Counted from the stretch's first letter, positions 1 to 10,303 are shown. The stretch: 64,000 nucleotides of DNA from an uncultured Actinomycetota bacterium (GCA_963708625.1 CAVPSV010000004.1:321960-385959); one strand, 5' to 3'. Numbers and translations are program-made. Notes: generated from the letters alone by a model not told the origin.

Positions 1-2
1 GC

Positions 3-1451
3 TACGTGCCGCAGGACGACCTGCTGCACACCACCCTCACCGTGCGCAAGGCGCTCGAGTTCGGTGCCCAACTGCGGTTCCCGCCGGACGTCACCGCGGC
101 CGAACGCACCGCCCGGGTCGACGAGGTGCTCAGCGAACTCGGCTTGACCCAGCACGCGAACACCCAGGTGGCCCGGCTGTCCGGCGGGCAGCGCAAGCGC
201 ACCAGCGTCGCCCTCGAACTGCTCACCAAACCGTCGCTGCTCTACCTGGACGAGCCGACATCCGGCCTCGACCCGGGCTTGGACAAGTCGGTGATGCAGT
301 CGCTGCGCACGCTCGCCGACGACGGCCGCACGGTCGTGGTGGTCACCCACAGCGTGGCCAATCTCGATGTCTGCGACTTCGTGCTGATGCTGGCGCCCGG
401 TGGGTACGTCGCCTATTTCGGACCGCCCGGCGGCGCCCTCGGCTACTTCGACAAGCCCGACTTCCCGGACGTGTTCCTCGCGTTGGAAGCGACGCCCGGC
501 GCGGAATGGGGTGAGAAATTCCGCTCGTCGAAGTTCCACAAGGCGCGGCCGGCGGACTCCTCCGCAGCGCGGGTGCCGGAGGAACTGCCCAACATCCGCC
601 AGCAGTCCGTGGCCAGGCAGCTGTCCACCCTGGTGCGGCGCTACGTGTCGGTGATCGCCTCGGACCGGTCCTATACCCGGCTGATGATCCTGTTCCCGTT
701 GCTGCTCGGGGTGATCCCCCGGGTCGTGCCGGCGAAGAACGGGTTGCGCGTGGTGGCCGCCCAGCCGAACACGGACGCGCCGACGGTGTTGCTGGTGCTG
801 ATCCTGTGCGCCTGCTTCATGGGCATGGCCAATTCGGTGCGCGAGATCGTCAAGGAACGCGCGATCTTCCGGCGCGAGCGTTCCATCGGCCTGTCGATGA
901 CCGCCTACCTGGGTTCCAAGATCGTGGTGTTGACCGTGATCACCGCGGTGCAGGCGCTGGTATTCACGTTGATCGGTGTGCTCGGCCGCACCCCGAGCAA
1001 GGGCGCGCTGATAAGTCCGGGCCTGGTGGAGGTCGCACTCGCGGTCATCGTCACCGCCGTGGTGTCGATGTTGCTCGGTCTGGTCATCTCCGCCCTCGTC
1101 GACAACGCGGACAAGACGATGCCACTGCTGGTGCTGATCACCATGGCCCAGCTGGTGCTCTCCGGTGGCCTGGTGCCGCTGGTCGGCAAGCCGGGCCTGG
1201 AGCAGGTGGCGTGGTTGGCACCGGCCCGCTGGGGCGGTGGCGCCGTCGGGTCGTCCATCGACCTGAACCGGGTCATCGAAGCCGGCAACAAGGCGGTCAA
1301 GGCCCCGCCGCACGACCCGATCTGGGACCACACCGCGTCGACCTACCTCACCGATCTCGGATATTGCCTCGTGGTCGGTGTCGTCTGCGCGGTGCTGTGC
1401 GCGGTGCTGCTGCGTCGCGGTGACCCCAAGCCCGGCCGGCGCCGCGCCTGA
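3..1451 (+). CDS. ABC transporter, fused ATP-binding domain + ABC-2 type permease (5' end outside window)
   Basis: ABC signature LSGGQRKRTSVA and Walker B LLYLDEPTSGLD, followed by ~6 hydrophobic helices (ABC-2 permease). The ORF is open to position 1. Confidence 0.8.
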   Translation, partial: YVPQDDLLHTTLTVRKALEFGAQLRFPPDVTAAERTARVDEVLSELGLTQHANTQVARLSGGQRKRTSVALELLTKPSLLYLDEPTSGLDPGLDKSVMQSLRTLADDGRTVVVVTHSVANLDVCDFVLMLAPGGYVAYFGPPGGALGYFDKPDFPDVFLALEATPGAEWGEKFRSSKFHKARPADSSAARVPEELPNIRQQSVARQLSTLVRRYVSVIASDRSYTRLMILFPLLLGVIPRVVPAKNGLRVVAAQPNTDAPTVLLVLILCACFMGMANSVREIVKERAIFRRERSIGLSMTAYLGSKIVVLTVITAVQALVFTLIGVLGRTPSKGALISPGLVEVALAVIVTAVVSMLLGLVISALVDNADKTMPLLVLITMAQLVLSGGLVPLVGKPGLEQVAWLAPARWGGGAVGSSIDLNRVIEAGNKAVKAPPHDPIWDHTASTYLTDLGYCLVVGVVCAVLCAVLLRRGDPKPGRRRA

Positions 1452-1486
1452 TTCCAACTGCAGACCGGACGCTGGGAGGGGTTTGG

Positions 1487-1975
1487 ATGCGACGTCGAAG
1501 AACACCGTGGTTCGCCGCGGGTGTGCTGGCGATGGCAGTGGTGGCCGGCTGCGCGTCCACCAAGGCTTCGGTCACCCAGGGCATCGGCACGGCGAACTCA
1601 CCGACGACCGGGAGCGCAACCGGCGCGTCATCGTCCGGCGTGCCGGTCCCAGCCACGACGCCCGCCACCGCACCGGCGTCGTCGGCCTCGAGCGACGCCG
1701 CGGCCGCAGCGTGCCTGAGCGCGGCGCAGGCCTTCGCCATCGTGATGCAGGCGGCCGGCCCCCAGATCGCGCTGGACAGCGAGCACGGATACGGCTGCCT
1801 CGACGGCTGGGCCTACGTGAACTACCACCACGTGCCCGAGGGCAACCACGCCACGAAGGCGCTGCAATACCTGCACGGAAGTTGGGTGATCGGCGACCGC
1901 GTGCTCGGCTGCGGCGACGGCACGCACCCGCCCGCGATGCCACCGGGGATCATGCAATACGGCTGCGCGAACTAG
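1487..1975 (+). CDS. secreted lipoprotein, function unknown
   Basis: N-terminus MRRRRTPWFAAGVLAMAVVAGCAS has a lipobox-like AGC. Thr/Ser/Ala-rich linker. GGA-rich RBS upstream. Confidence 0.5.
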   Translation: MRRRRTPWFAAGVLAMAVVAGCASTKASVTQGIGTANSPTTGSATGASSSGVPVPATTPATAPASSASSDAAAAACLSAAQAFAIVMQAAGPQIALDSEHGYGCLDGWAYVNYHHVPEGNHATKALQYLHGSWVIGDRVLGCGDGTHPPAMPPGIMQYGCAN

Positions 1976-2013
1976 ACGAGGGCGCGCGCTCGGCGCGTCA
2001 ATCGCCGGGCCGG

Positions 2014-2868
2014 CTAGGTCGTCAGCGTCGCCGCAACCTGGCGGGTAGGGGCGAGCCAGTCCAGCCACTCGTCCAGACCGTCGCCGCGGGTGGCGGAGAC
2101 CGGCAGGATCTGCGCGCGCCGGTTGACCAGACCCACGTCGTGCTCGAACCGGTCGGCGTCGAAGTCGACGTAGGGCAACAGGTCGATCTTGTTCAGACGA
2201 CCACGATCGAGGCCGCCGCGAAGATGTGCGGGTACTTCAGCGGCTTGTCCGCGCCCTCGGTCACCGACATGATCACGACTCGGGCGTCCTCGCCGAGGTC
2301 GAACAGCGCCGGGCACACCAGGTTGCCGACGTTCTCGATCAGCACCAGGCCGTCGTGCGGGTCGAGCCGGCGCAACGCCGGTCGCACCATCGTCGCGTCG
2401 AGGTGGCACCCGGACCCGGTGTTGACCTGCAGCACCGGCGCACCCGCGGCGGCGATCCGGTCGGCGTCGAACGTCGTCTCCTGATCGCCCTCGATGACGC
2501 GCACCGGCACCGAACCCGCGAGCGCGGTGATCGTGCGCTCCAGCAGCGTCGTCTTGCCCGAGCCGGGTGAACTCATCAGGTTGACGGCACGCACGCCGCG
2601 GCCCGCAACCAGGCTGCGGTTCTGCGCGGCGAGCTCGTCGTTCTTGGCGAGTATCCGGGTCTCGAGCGTCAGCGTCTCGGTGTCGCGGCTGTGCCGTGGG
2701 TGTGGCCGTCGGCGTGCGGCGTGAGTATGCGTGTGCGGCCGTCGTCGGCATGCGCGTGGGTGTGGCCGTCCGCATGTGCGTATGCGTGTGCCCGTCGGCA
2801 TGGCGTGTGCGTACCGGATCGACGATCCGGGCGCCGGCATCGTCGCCACAGCCGCACGTCGCGCACAT
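2014..2868 (-). pseudogene. hypB: hydrogenase nickel-incorporation GTPase HypB, reading frame broken at least twice (frameshifts or sequencing indels)
   Basis: N-terminus [10 protein letters not shown]...HADGHTHTH (frame of ORF 2014..2946). His-rich segment plus GTPase core [11 protein letters not shown]...KPLKYPHIF (ORF 2193..2849). C-terminus [13 protein letters not shown] (back in the first frame). A third frame (2669..2866) also reads His-rich [13 protein letters not shown]. Confidence 0.8.
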
Positions 2869-3203
2869 CAGCGACTCACCTCGACCGACAGAATGCGCAG
2901 TTCCTCGCCGGCCAGCACCCGGACGTCCGAGCTGCCGCACCCGCACAGCAGGATCGGGTCCTCGACGACGAACTCCTCACCGCAGGTGACGCAGTGCGCC
3001 CGCCCGGGTGGCTCGTCGATGACCAGCGTGGCGCCGTCCGCGGCGGTGTCGGCGGCCGCCAACTCGAAGCAGAACCGCAGCGCATCGGCGGACACGCCGG
3101 ACAGCCGCCCGACCTCGAGCCGGACCTCGCGCACGGTGCGCTCGCCGGTGCGCGCGGTGATCGTCTCGATGACGCTCTCCGCGATCGCCAACTCGTGCAC
3201 CCG
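2868..3203 (-). CDS. hypA: hydrogenase maturation nickel metallochaperone HypA
   Basis: V/MHELAIAESVIETI... with CxxC...CxxC zinc motif (CVTCGEEF...CGCGS). GTG start preceded by AAGGTGG. Its stop overlaps the hypB ATG (TGATG). Confidence 0.8.
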   Translation of the reverse strand, partial: RVHELAIAESVIETITARTGERTVREVRLEVGRLSGVSADALRFCFELAAADTAADGATLVIDEPPGRAHCVTCGEEFVVEDPILLCGCGSSDVRVLAGEELRILSVEVSR

Positions 3204-3385
3204 GCCACCACCTTCGCGCTGGATCTGGTCGTAGAACCTCACCATACGAGCGCGCACGCCTGGGTTGGAGAGCCGAAAAACCTCGATTCCGGGAATCACC
3301 GATTCTCTCCAAAACGGTCCGCCGATCGCGCGAACCGTTCTACGGTCAAGTGAACTCTCGGCTGTCGCGCGAAAGGCGATGCCCC

Positions 3386-4460
3386 ATGACGACCGCCACA
3401 GAAGCCCCTGTACTGCACGTTCTCTGGATCAACGCCGGGCTCAGCTGCGACGGCGACTCGGTCTCGCTGACCGCGGCGACCCAGCCCAGCATCGAGGAGA
3501 TCGTGCTCGGCGCGCTGCCGGGCCTGCCGAACATCCAGGTGCACTGGCCGCTCATCGACTTCGAGTGCGGTCCGGAGACCGGCGCCGACAACTTCATCGA
3601 GTGGTGGTGGAAGGCCGACCGCGGCGAACTCGAGCCGTTCGTCCTCGTCGTCGAGGGCTCGATCCCGAACGAGTCGATCAAGTCCGAGGGCTACTGGTGC
3701 GGCTTCGGCAACAACCCGCTCACCGGCCAGCCGGTGACGACCAGCGAATGGCTCGACCAGCTCGCGCCGAAGGCCACCGCCATCGTCGCGGTCGGCACCT
3801 GCGCCACCTACGGCGGCATCCACGCGATGGCCGGCAACCCGACCGGCGCGATGGGCGTGCCCGACTACCTCGGCTGGGACTGGAAGTCCAAGGCGGGCCT
3901 GCCCATCGTCTGCGTGCCCGGCTGCCCGATCCAGCCCGACAACCTGTCCGAGACGCTGCTCTACCTGCTCTACCAGGTCGCCGGCCAGGCGCCGATGATC
4001 CCGCTCGACGACCAGCTGCGCCCGCCCTGGCTGTTCGGCGCCACCGTGCACGAGGGCTGCGACCGCGGCGGCTACTACGAGCAGGGCGAGTTCGCCGACC
4101 GCGTACGGCCAGCCGACCTGCCTGGTGAAGCTCGGCTGCTGGGGACCGGTCGTCAAGTGCAACGTCACCAAACGCGGCTGGATGAACGGCATGGGCGGCT
4201 GCCCGAACGTCGGCGGCATCTGTATCGGCTGCACCATGCCCGGCTTCCCGGACAAGTTCATGCCGTTCATGGACGAGCCACCCGGCGGCAAGGTGTCGGC
4301 GACCGCGAGCGGCACCTACGGCAAGGTGATCCGGCGGCTGCGCAAGGTCACCGCTCGACACGCGTCGAACAAGGAACCGAAGTGGCGCCATCCGGGCCGC
4401 GAGCTGACCACCGGCTACACGCCACAGCAACTGGACTCCAGCAGGGGGAGCACACCGATG
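3386..4460 (+). pseudogene. hhyS: [NiFe]-hydrogenase small subunit, group 1h/5 type (no Tat signal), +1 frameshift near 4100; 3' end uncertain
   Basis: MTTATEAPVLHVLWINAGLSCDGDSV...GTCATYGG...CVPGCPIQPD...GGYYEQGEFA in frame 2. Continues in frame 0 as KLGCWGPVVKCNVTKRGWMNGMGGCPNVGGICIGCTMPGFPDKFMPF. Frame 0 stays open to 4649, implying a further unrecognised shift or stop. Confidence 0.8.
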
Positions 4461-4486
4461 ACCGACGTACAGGACCAGGCCCGAGC

Positions 4487-6269
4487 ATGGCGCAGCACGC
4501 CGACACCGACGTCGTGGAGATGGCGTGGGATCCGATCACCCGCATCGTCGGCAGCCTCGGCATCTACGCCAGCGTCGACTTCAAGCAGAAGATCGTGCGC
4601 GAGTGCCACAGCACGTCGTCGATCTTCCGCGGCTACAGCATCTTCATGAAGGGCAAGGATCCGCGCGACGCGCACTTCATCACCAGCCGCATCTGCGGCA
4701 TCTGCGGCGACAACCACGCCACCTGCTCGGTGTACGCGCAGAACATGGCCTACGGCGTCGCGCCGCCGCACCTCGGCGAATGGATCATCAACTGCGGCGA
4801 GGCCGCCGAGTACATGTTCGACCACAACATCTTCCAGGAGAACCTGGTCGGCGTGGACTACTGCGAACGGATGGTCCGCGAGACCAACCCGGGCGTGCTC
4901 GAACGCGCCAACAGCACCGAGGCGCCGCACGCCGGCGACCACGGCTACAAGACCATCGGCGACATCATGCGCTCGCTCAACCCGATCGAGGGCGACTTCT
5001 ACCGCGAGGCGCTGCAGGTCAGCCGCTACACGCGCGAGATGTTCTGCCTGATGGAGGGCCGCCACGTCCACCCGTCGACGCTCTACCCGGGCGGCGTCGG
5101 CACCGTCGCCGACCGTGCAGCTGTTCACCGACTACTACATCCGGCTGATGCGCTACATCGAGTTCCTGAAGAAGGTCGTGCCGCTGCACGACGACCTGTT
5201 CGACTTCTTCTACGAGGCGCTGCCCGGCTACGAGCACGTCGGCGAGCGGCGCATCCTGCTCGGCTGCTGGGGCAGCCTGAACGACCCGGCGGTCTGCGAC
5301 TTCAAGTACCAGAACATGACCAACTGGGGACGCGCGATGTTCGTCACCCCCGGCGTCGTCGTCGACGGCAAGCTCGTCACCAACGACCTCGTCGACATCA
5401 ACCTGGGCATGCGCATCCTGCTCGGTCACTCGTTCTACGACGACTGGGAGGGCTCGGGCAACGAGGTCTTCGTCGACCGCGACCCGCTCGGCAACCCGGT
5501 CGACATCCGGCACCCGTGGAACCAGCACACGCTGCCCCAGCCCGCAGAAGCGCGACTTCGACAAGCAAGTACAGCTGGACGATGTCGCCGCGCTGGTTCG
5601 ACGGCACCGACCACCTCGCGCTGGACACCGGCGGCGGCCCGCTCGCCCGGCTGTGGTCGACGGCGCTGTCCGGCCTGGTCGACATCGGCGGACTACGTGA
5701 AGGCAACCGGGCACAGCGTGCAAGTTCGAGCTGCCGCGCACGCGCGCTCAAGCCGGCGGCCAGCTACGAGTGGCAGATCCCGCAGTGGAGCAACGCGCTG
5801 GAGCGCAACCGGGCCCGCACCTACTTCCAGCTCTACGCCGCCGTGCGCCGCGCTGCACTTCGTCGAGATGGGACTGGCCGAGGTACGCGCCGGACGCACC
5901 GAGACGTGGACGCCGTTCACCGTCCCGGACGAGGCGATCGCGGTCGGCTTCACCGAGGCGGTGCGCGGCGTGCTCAGCCACCACATGGTGATCCGCGACG
6001 GCAAGATCGCGAACTACCACCCGTACCCGCCGACGCCGTGGAACGGCAGCGTGCGCGACTGCTACGGCACGCCCGGACCCTACGAGGACGCGGTGCAGAA
6101 CACGCCGATCTTCGAGGAGAACCCGCCGGAGCGGTTCAAGGGCATCGACATCATGCGGGCCGTGCGCAGCTTCGACCCGTGCCTGCCGTGCGGCGTGCAC
6201 ATGTACACCGGCAACGGCGGCAAGGTCGAGCAGGTCCACTCGCCGGCCGTCGCCGTCAAGCCGTACTGA
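4487..6269 (+). pseudogene. hhyL: [NiFe]-hydrogenase large subunit, group 1h/5 type, interrupted by about 5 single-nucleotide insertions
   Basis: L1 motif TSRICGICGDNHATCS and C-terminal L2 motif SFDPCLPCGVH. Conserved segments alternate between frames 2, 0 and 1 (shifts near 5107, 5545, 5709, 5731 and ~5850). Examples: PGGVGTVA|TVQLFTDYY, HPWNQHTLPQP|QKRDFDKQ, ATGHSV|KFELPRT|ALKPAASYEWQIPQW. Confidence 0.85.
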
Positions 6270-6270
6270 C

Positions 6271-6850
6271 ATGGACGGCCACGGACGTCCGAGCGAGCTG
6301 CCCGGCCCGCATCGAGGCGCTGCTGGACGAACTGAGCGCAACTCGGCGACCCGGCGGTCAGCGAGCGGGCCGAGGAACTCGTGGCCGCCGTCGTCACTCT
6401 GTACGGCGCCGGACTCGAACGCATCGTCGAGCTGCTCGGCGCAGCGAGCCGGACGGCGCCGAGCTGCTGCGCCGGCTGTGCCGGCGACGACCTGGTCGCG
6501 AACCTGCTGATGCTGCACGAGCTGCACCCCGACGACGTCGGACGCGCGGGTACAGGCCGCGCTGGACAAGGTCCGGCCGTACCTCGGCTCGCACGCCGGC
6601 GGCATCGAGTTTCTCGGCGTCGATGACGACGGCGTGGCGCAGCTGCGGCTGGAGGGCAGCTGCGACGGCTGCGCCGGCTCGACCGCGACCGTGCAGAACG
6701 CGGTCGAGCGGGCCGTGCTCGAGGCGGCCCCGGAAGTGGTCGAGCGTCGAGGTCGAGGGCATGGTCGAGCCGAAGCCGGCGACTGCCGGTCTGCTGCAGA
6801 TCCGGCATGCGCTGCCCGGACGGCGACTGGCTGAGGCGGTCGGCGCGTGA
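6271..6850 (+). pseudogene. NifU C-terminal-domain (Nfu-like) hydrogenase accessory protein, at least 4 frameshifts
   Basis: Segments RIEALLDEL / LGDPAVSERAEELVAAVVTLYGAGLERIVELLG / VQAALDKVRPYLGSHAGGIEFLGVDDDGVAQLRLEGSCDGCAGSTATVQNAVE / VEVEGMVEPKPATAGLLQI. These lie in three different frames. Confidence 0.55.
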
Positions 6851-6885
6851 CGCAGGCCGACCGACCCGTTCGGAGTCCTGCGCCG

Positions 6886-7506
6886 GGTGCTGCAGCCGCG
6901 CGAGCGGCCGCGGCCCGGCGAGGCGTGCGAGATGTGCGGCGAGCCGATCGCCGAGCCGCACAGCCACGTCGCGAGCCTCAGCGAGCGGCGGCTGCTGTGC
7001 ACCTGCCGCGCCTGCTACCTGCTGTTCACCGCCCAGGGCGCCGGCGCGCCGGCGGCTGCGCGCTGTGCCGGAGCGGGTCGTGCTGGCCAGCGACTTCACC
7101 TTCACCCAGGCGCAGTGGGACGACCTGGCGATTCCGGTCGATCTCGTGTTCCTGTTCCAGCAGAGCGACGTCGACGGACGTCGAGGCCCCGACGGCGCTC
7201 GTCGCCTGCTACCCGAGCCCGGCCGGCGCGACCGAGTCCGAGCTCGACCTCGTCGGCCTGGGCCGACATCGTCGCGGACAACCCGACCCTGGCCGACGTC
7301 GAGCCCGACGTCGAGGCGGTGCTGGTCCGCCGCAACGGCGAGCGGCGACTTCACCTGCCTCGTCGTGCCGATCGACGCCTGCTACGAACTCGTCGGCATC
7401 GTGCGCCAGTACTGGTCCGGCTTCCAGGGCGGCGCCGAGGTGTGGCAGCGCATCGACGACTTCTTCGCCCGGCTGCACACTCGAGCCCGCGGCCCGACGG
7501 GGCTGA
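6886..7506 (+). pseudogene. conserved Cys-rich hydrogenase-associated protein, frameshifted
   Basis: GEACEMCGEPIAEPHSHVASLSERRLLCTCRACYLLFT then RAVPERVVLASDFTFTQAQWDDLAIPVDLVFLFQQSDVD... then GDFTCLVVPIDACYELVGIVRQYWSGFQGGAEVWQRIDDFF. Each piece is in a different frame. Confidence 0.45.
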
Positions 7507-7507
7507 C

Positions 7508-9570
7508 ATGCCTGAGCTCGAGTTCGCCTGCACCGGCGCGCACCCGGACCATCGCGCGGCCGCGCCGACGATCTCGCTGCGCCTGCACATCACCGAAACG
7601 ACCGGCGACGACCGGTGCACGCGCTCGTCGCTGCGCACCCAGATCCGCATCGAACCGCGCAAGCGCCGCTACGACGACACCGAAGCCGAGGCGATGCGCG
7701 ACCTGTTCGGCGAGCGGGCACGGTGGGGCGACACGCTCAAGCCGCTTGCAGCTCGCCTTCGTCAACCAGGTGGTGCCGAGCTTCACCGGCGAGACCGACG
7801 ATCGACGTGGCGCTGCCGTGCAGCTACGACTTCGACGTCGCGGCGAACAAGTACCTCTACGCGCTCGACGACGGCGAGATGCCGCTGCTGCTGCTGTTCA
7901 GCGGCACCGTATTCACCGTCGGGCGCGAACGGCTTCTCGGTCGTAGCCGGTGCCCGTGGGACAAGGAGGCCACCTTCCGGCTGCCGGTCGGCGTCTGGAA
8001 GCAGACGATGCAGCTGCACTTCCCCGGCACGCGCCTGGCTGCGGCTGAGCGAGCGAGACCTTCGACGCGTTGCACCGCTACCGCACCGACCAGCAGCTGC
8101 GTCAGCTGGGACGACGCGATCGACCGGCTGCTGAAGGAGGCCGAGCGAGTGAGCGCGCACGCGTGCACGGCACTCGCGGCGCATGCGATCGCCGACACCG
8201 TGCTGTTCGAGGGCTACATGCTCTACCCGTATCGCGCCAACGATCCGAAGAACCGGGTGCGCTGGCAGTTCGGCGTGCTGGCGCCGCCCGCGTTCGCCGC
8301 CGCGCGACCCGTCCGAGCGCGTCGTTCCTGCAGGCCGACTGCCTGCTCGAGGGCGCGATGTCGAGCTCGAGCGTGCAGGTGCGGTTCCTGCACGTGCAGC
8401 GGCGCACGGTCGAGCGTCTCGACGGCGACGGGTTCCGCGACGTCGACTCCCTCGACGTCGGCGACGCCACCTACCTGCCGTGGGACGAGGCGGTCGTCAC
8501 GAATCCGAGACGACGTTCCGGCTCGCCGACCTCGACGCGGCCGAAGCAGACCACCGCGATCGCGCGCCGATGCCGCGGCCGAGATCGAGGCGCTGTCCGA
8601 CGCCGACGGAGCGATCGTCGGCCGGCTGGCCCGTGCGCGCACGCGCCGCTACCGGACGCGCTGTCGTGCGACGGCCGAGCCGCTGCCCGGTCCCTACGGC
8701 GTCCGGCGGCTGCGGCTGCGGCTGGAGAACACCACGCCATGGAGCCGAGCACTGGATCGGGTGCGCCGGACCGTCCCGACGCGCTGCGGCACGCCCTGGT
8801 CGCCGCGCACCTGCTGCTGTCGGCTGCGCGGCGGCGCGTTCATGTCGCTGATCGACCCGCCGGAATGGGCATCCGGCTACGCCGGCGGCCTGCGAGCAGA
8901 TCGGCGCCTTCCCGGTGCTGGCCGGGCCGGCCGGTGACGCGTCGATCTGTGCTCGCGTCGCCGATCATCCTGTACGACCACCCGAGGTCGCGCCGGAAAG
9001 CGCGTCGCAGTTCTGCGACGCGACCGAGATGGACGAGATGCTGACGCTGCGCACGCTGACGCTGACCGACGAGGAGAAGCGACTACGTGCGCGGCAGCGA
9101 CGCCCGCGGCGCGGCACTGGTCGACGAGGTCGACAACCTGCCGCCCGAGCTGATGGACCGCCTGCACGGCGCGATCCGCTCGATGACGCAGCGTGGCCCG
9201 GCCCGCGGCGGCGACGCCGGCGGCCGTTGCGCCGGACGAGACCCCGCCGTTCGCGAATGCTCCGTTCCTGAACGCGGAAGAGGACGCACGCTTCGACCCG
9301 GAGACCGACGTGGTCATGGTGCAGGGCGTGCCGCTGTCGAAGGGCGCGTCGGTGCGGCTGCGCCCGGGTACGCGGCGCACCGACGCGCAGGACATGTTCC
9401 TGGACGGCCGCAGCGCCACCGTCGAGGCCGTGCTGTTCGACGTCGACGGCGCTACCGCACCTCGCGGTCACGCTGGACGACCTGGTCGAGCTGTCCGAAC
9501 TGGGCTACAACCCGCACGGCCGCTTCCTGTACTTCGCGCCGGACGAGGTCGAGCCGATCGAAGGTGGACG
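7508..9570 (+). pseudogene. one or more conserved hydrogenase-cluster proteins of unknown function, heavily fragmented by frameshifts
   Basis: Frame-hopping conserved-looking segments: MPELEFACTGAHPDH...IRIEPRKRRYDDTEAEAMRDLFGERARWGDTLKPL; LPCSYDFDVAANKYLYALDDGEMPLLLLFSGTVF; RCPWDKEATFRLPVGVWKQTMQLHFPG; LFEGYMLYPYRANDPKNRVRWQFGVLAPP; TEMDEMLTLRTLTLTDEEKRL; ALVDEVDNLPPELMDRLHGAI; VAVTLDDLVELSELGYNPHGRFLYFAPDEVEPIEGG. Gene boundaries not resolvable by eye. Confidence 0.35.
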
Positions 9571-9571
9571 C

Positions 9572-10106
9572 ATGATGCGCATCCTGGTCGCCGGCCTCGG
9601 CAACATCTTCGAAGGCGACGACGGCTTCGGCGTCGAGGTCGTGCAGCGACTGCGCACAGCGGTCGTGGCCCGAGGGCGTCGAGGTGCGCGACTTCGGCAT
9701 CCGCGGCGTGCACCTGGCCTATCAACTGCTCGAGCCCTACGACCTCGTCGTCATCGTCGATGCGGTCGCGCGCGGCGAAGCGCCGGGCACCCTCTACGTC
9801 ATCGAGCACGGCCCGGACCATGACGCCGCCGAACCGGCCGACGACGCGGCGCTGATGGACGCACACGACCTGGCCCCGGACGGCGTGCTCGCGCTCGTCC
9901 CCCGCCTCGGTGGCACGCTGGGCCGCGTCGTCGTGATCGGGTGCGAGCCCGAATCGATCACGCCGGACATGGCGCTTTCACCGGCAGTCGCGGGTAGCGT
10001 CGACAAGGCGGCCCAACTCGTGACCGACCTCGTCACCGACCTCGTCACCGACTCGTCACCGACCTCGTCACCGACCTCGTCACCGACCTCGTCACCGACC
10101 TTGTGA
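9572..10106 (+). pseudogene. hupD: hydrogenase maturation endopeptidase (HupD/HyaD/HycI family), frameshift near 9655 and inside the C-terminal repeat
   Basis: MMRILVAGLGNIFEGDDGFGVEVVQRL then (other frame) VEVRDFGIRGVHLAYQLLEPYDLVVIVDAVARGEAPGTLYVIEHGP...VVVIGCEPE. The C-terminus runs into an (LVTD)n / (SSPT)n repeat. Confidence 0.7.
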
Positions 10107-10110
10107 CGGA
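10017..10110 (+). repeat. tandem 12-nt repeat (ctcgtcaccgac) x~7 with one 11-nt unit, at the 3' end of hupD
   Basis: Direct reading gives ctcgtgaccgacctcgtcaccgacctcgtcaccgaCTCGTCACCGAcctcgtcaccgacc.... It is translated LVTDLVTDLVTD then, after the short unit, SSPTSSPTSSPT. Confidence 0.8.
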
Positions 10111-10303
10111 CCCGACGACCAACATCGTGCAGAGCGCACGGCCGGGTGCCATGCCCGGCACCGAGATACGAGTGGGAGGCGGTTGACCATGGGTCGATTG
10201 CTGGCGTACCGGATGATGCTCGGTGCCGCGGCCAGGATGTCCGTGTCGTTCTCCGACATCCGCCGTTACTTCCGAATGCGCAAGATGTGAGGGTGAGCGC
10301 GTC

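Noticed and set aside
3204-3385. Possible operator in the hypA/hhyS divergent promoter (gattcc-g-ggaatc at ~3288-3300)
   Set aside because: Only 6-bp arms. Too short to distinguish from chance in a 180-bp region. No supporting repeat copy elsewhere in the window.
3296-4430. Long minus-strand ORFs (339 aa, 236 aa) antisense to hhyS, and similar antisense ORFs 6080-7354 and 5748-6605
   Set aside because: Arg/Gly/Ala-rich low-complexity translations with no motifs. They are antisense to well-supported hydrogenase genes and are an expected artefact of ~70% GC with third-position GC bias.
3350-6850. 1166-aa ORF apparently fusing hydrogenase small and large subunits and downstream genes
   Set aside because: It is a frame-2 read-through typical of GC-rich DNA. 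Only parts of it (N-terminal hhyS, parts of hhyL) are real coding. The rest is Arg/Pro/Ala-rich out-of-frame translation of hhyS, hhyL and the NifU-like gene.
9193-9855. 220-aa ORF upstream of and overlapping hupD
   Set aside because: Only its first ~90 codons look like real protein (part of the fragmented conserved gene at 7508-9570). The remainder is out-of-frame translation of hupD.
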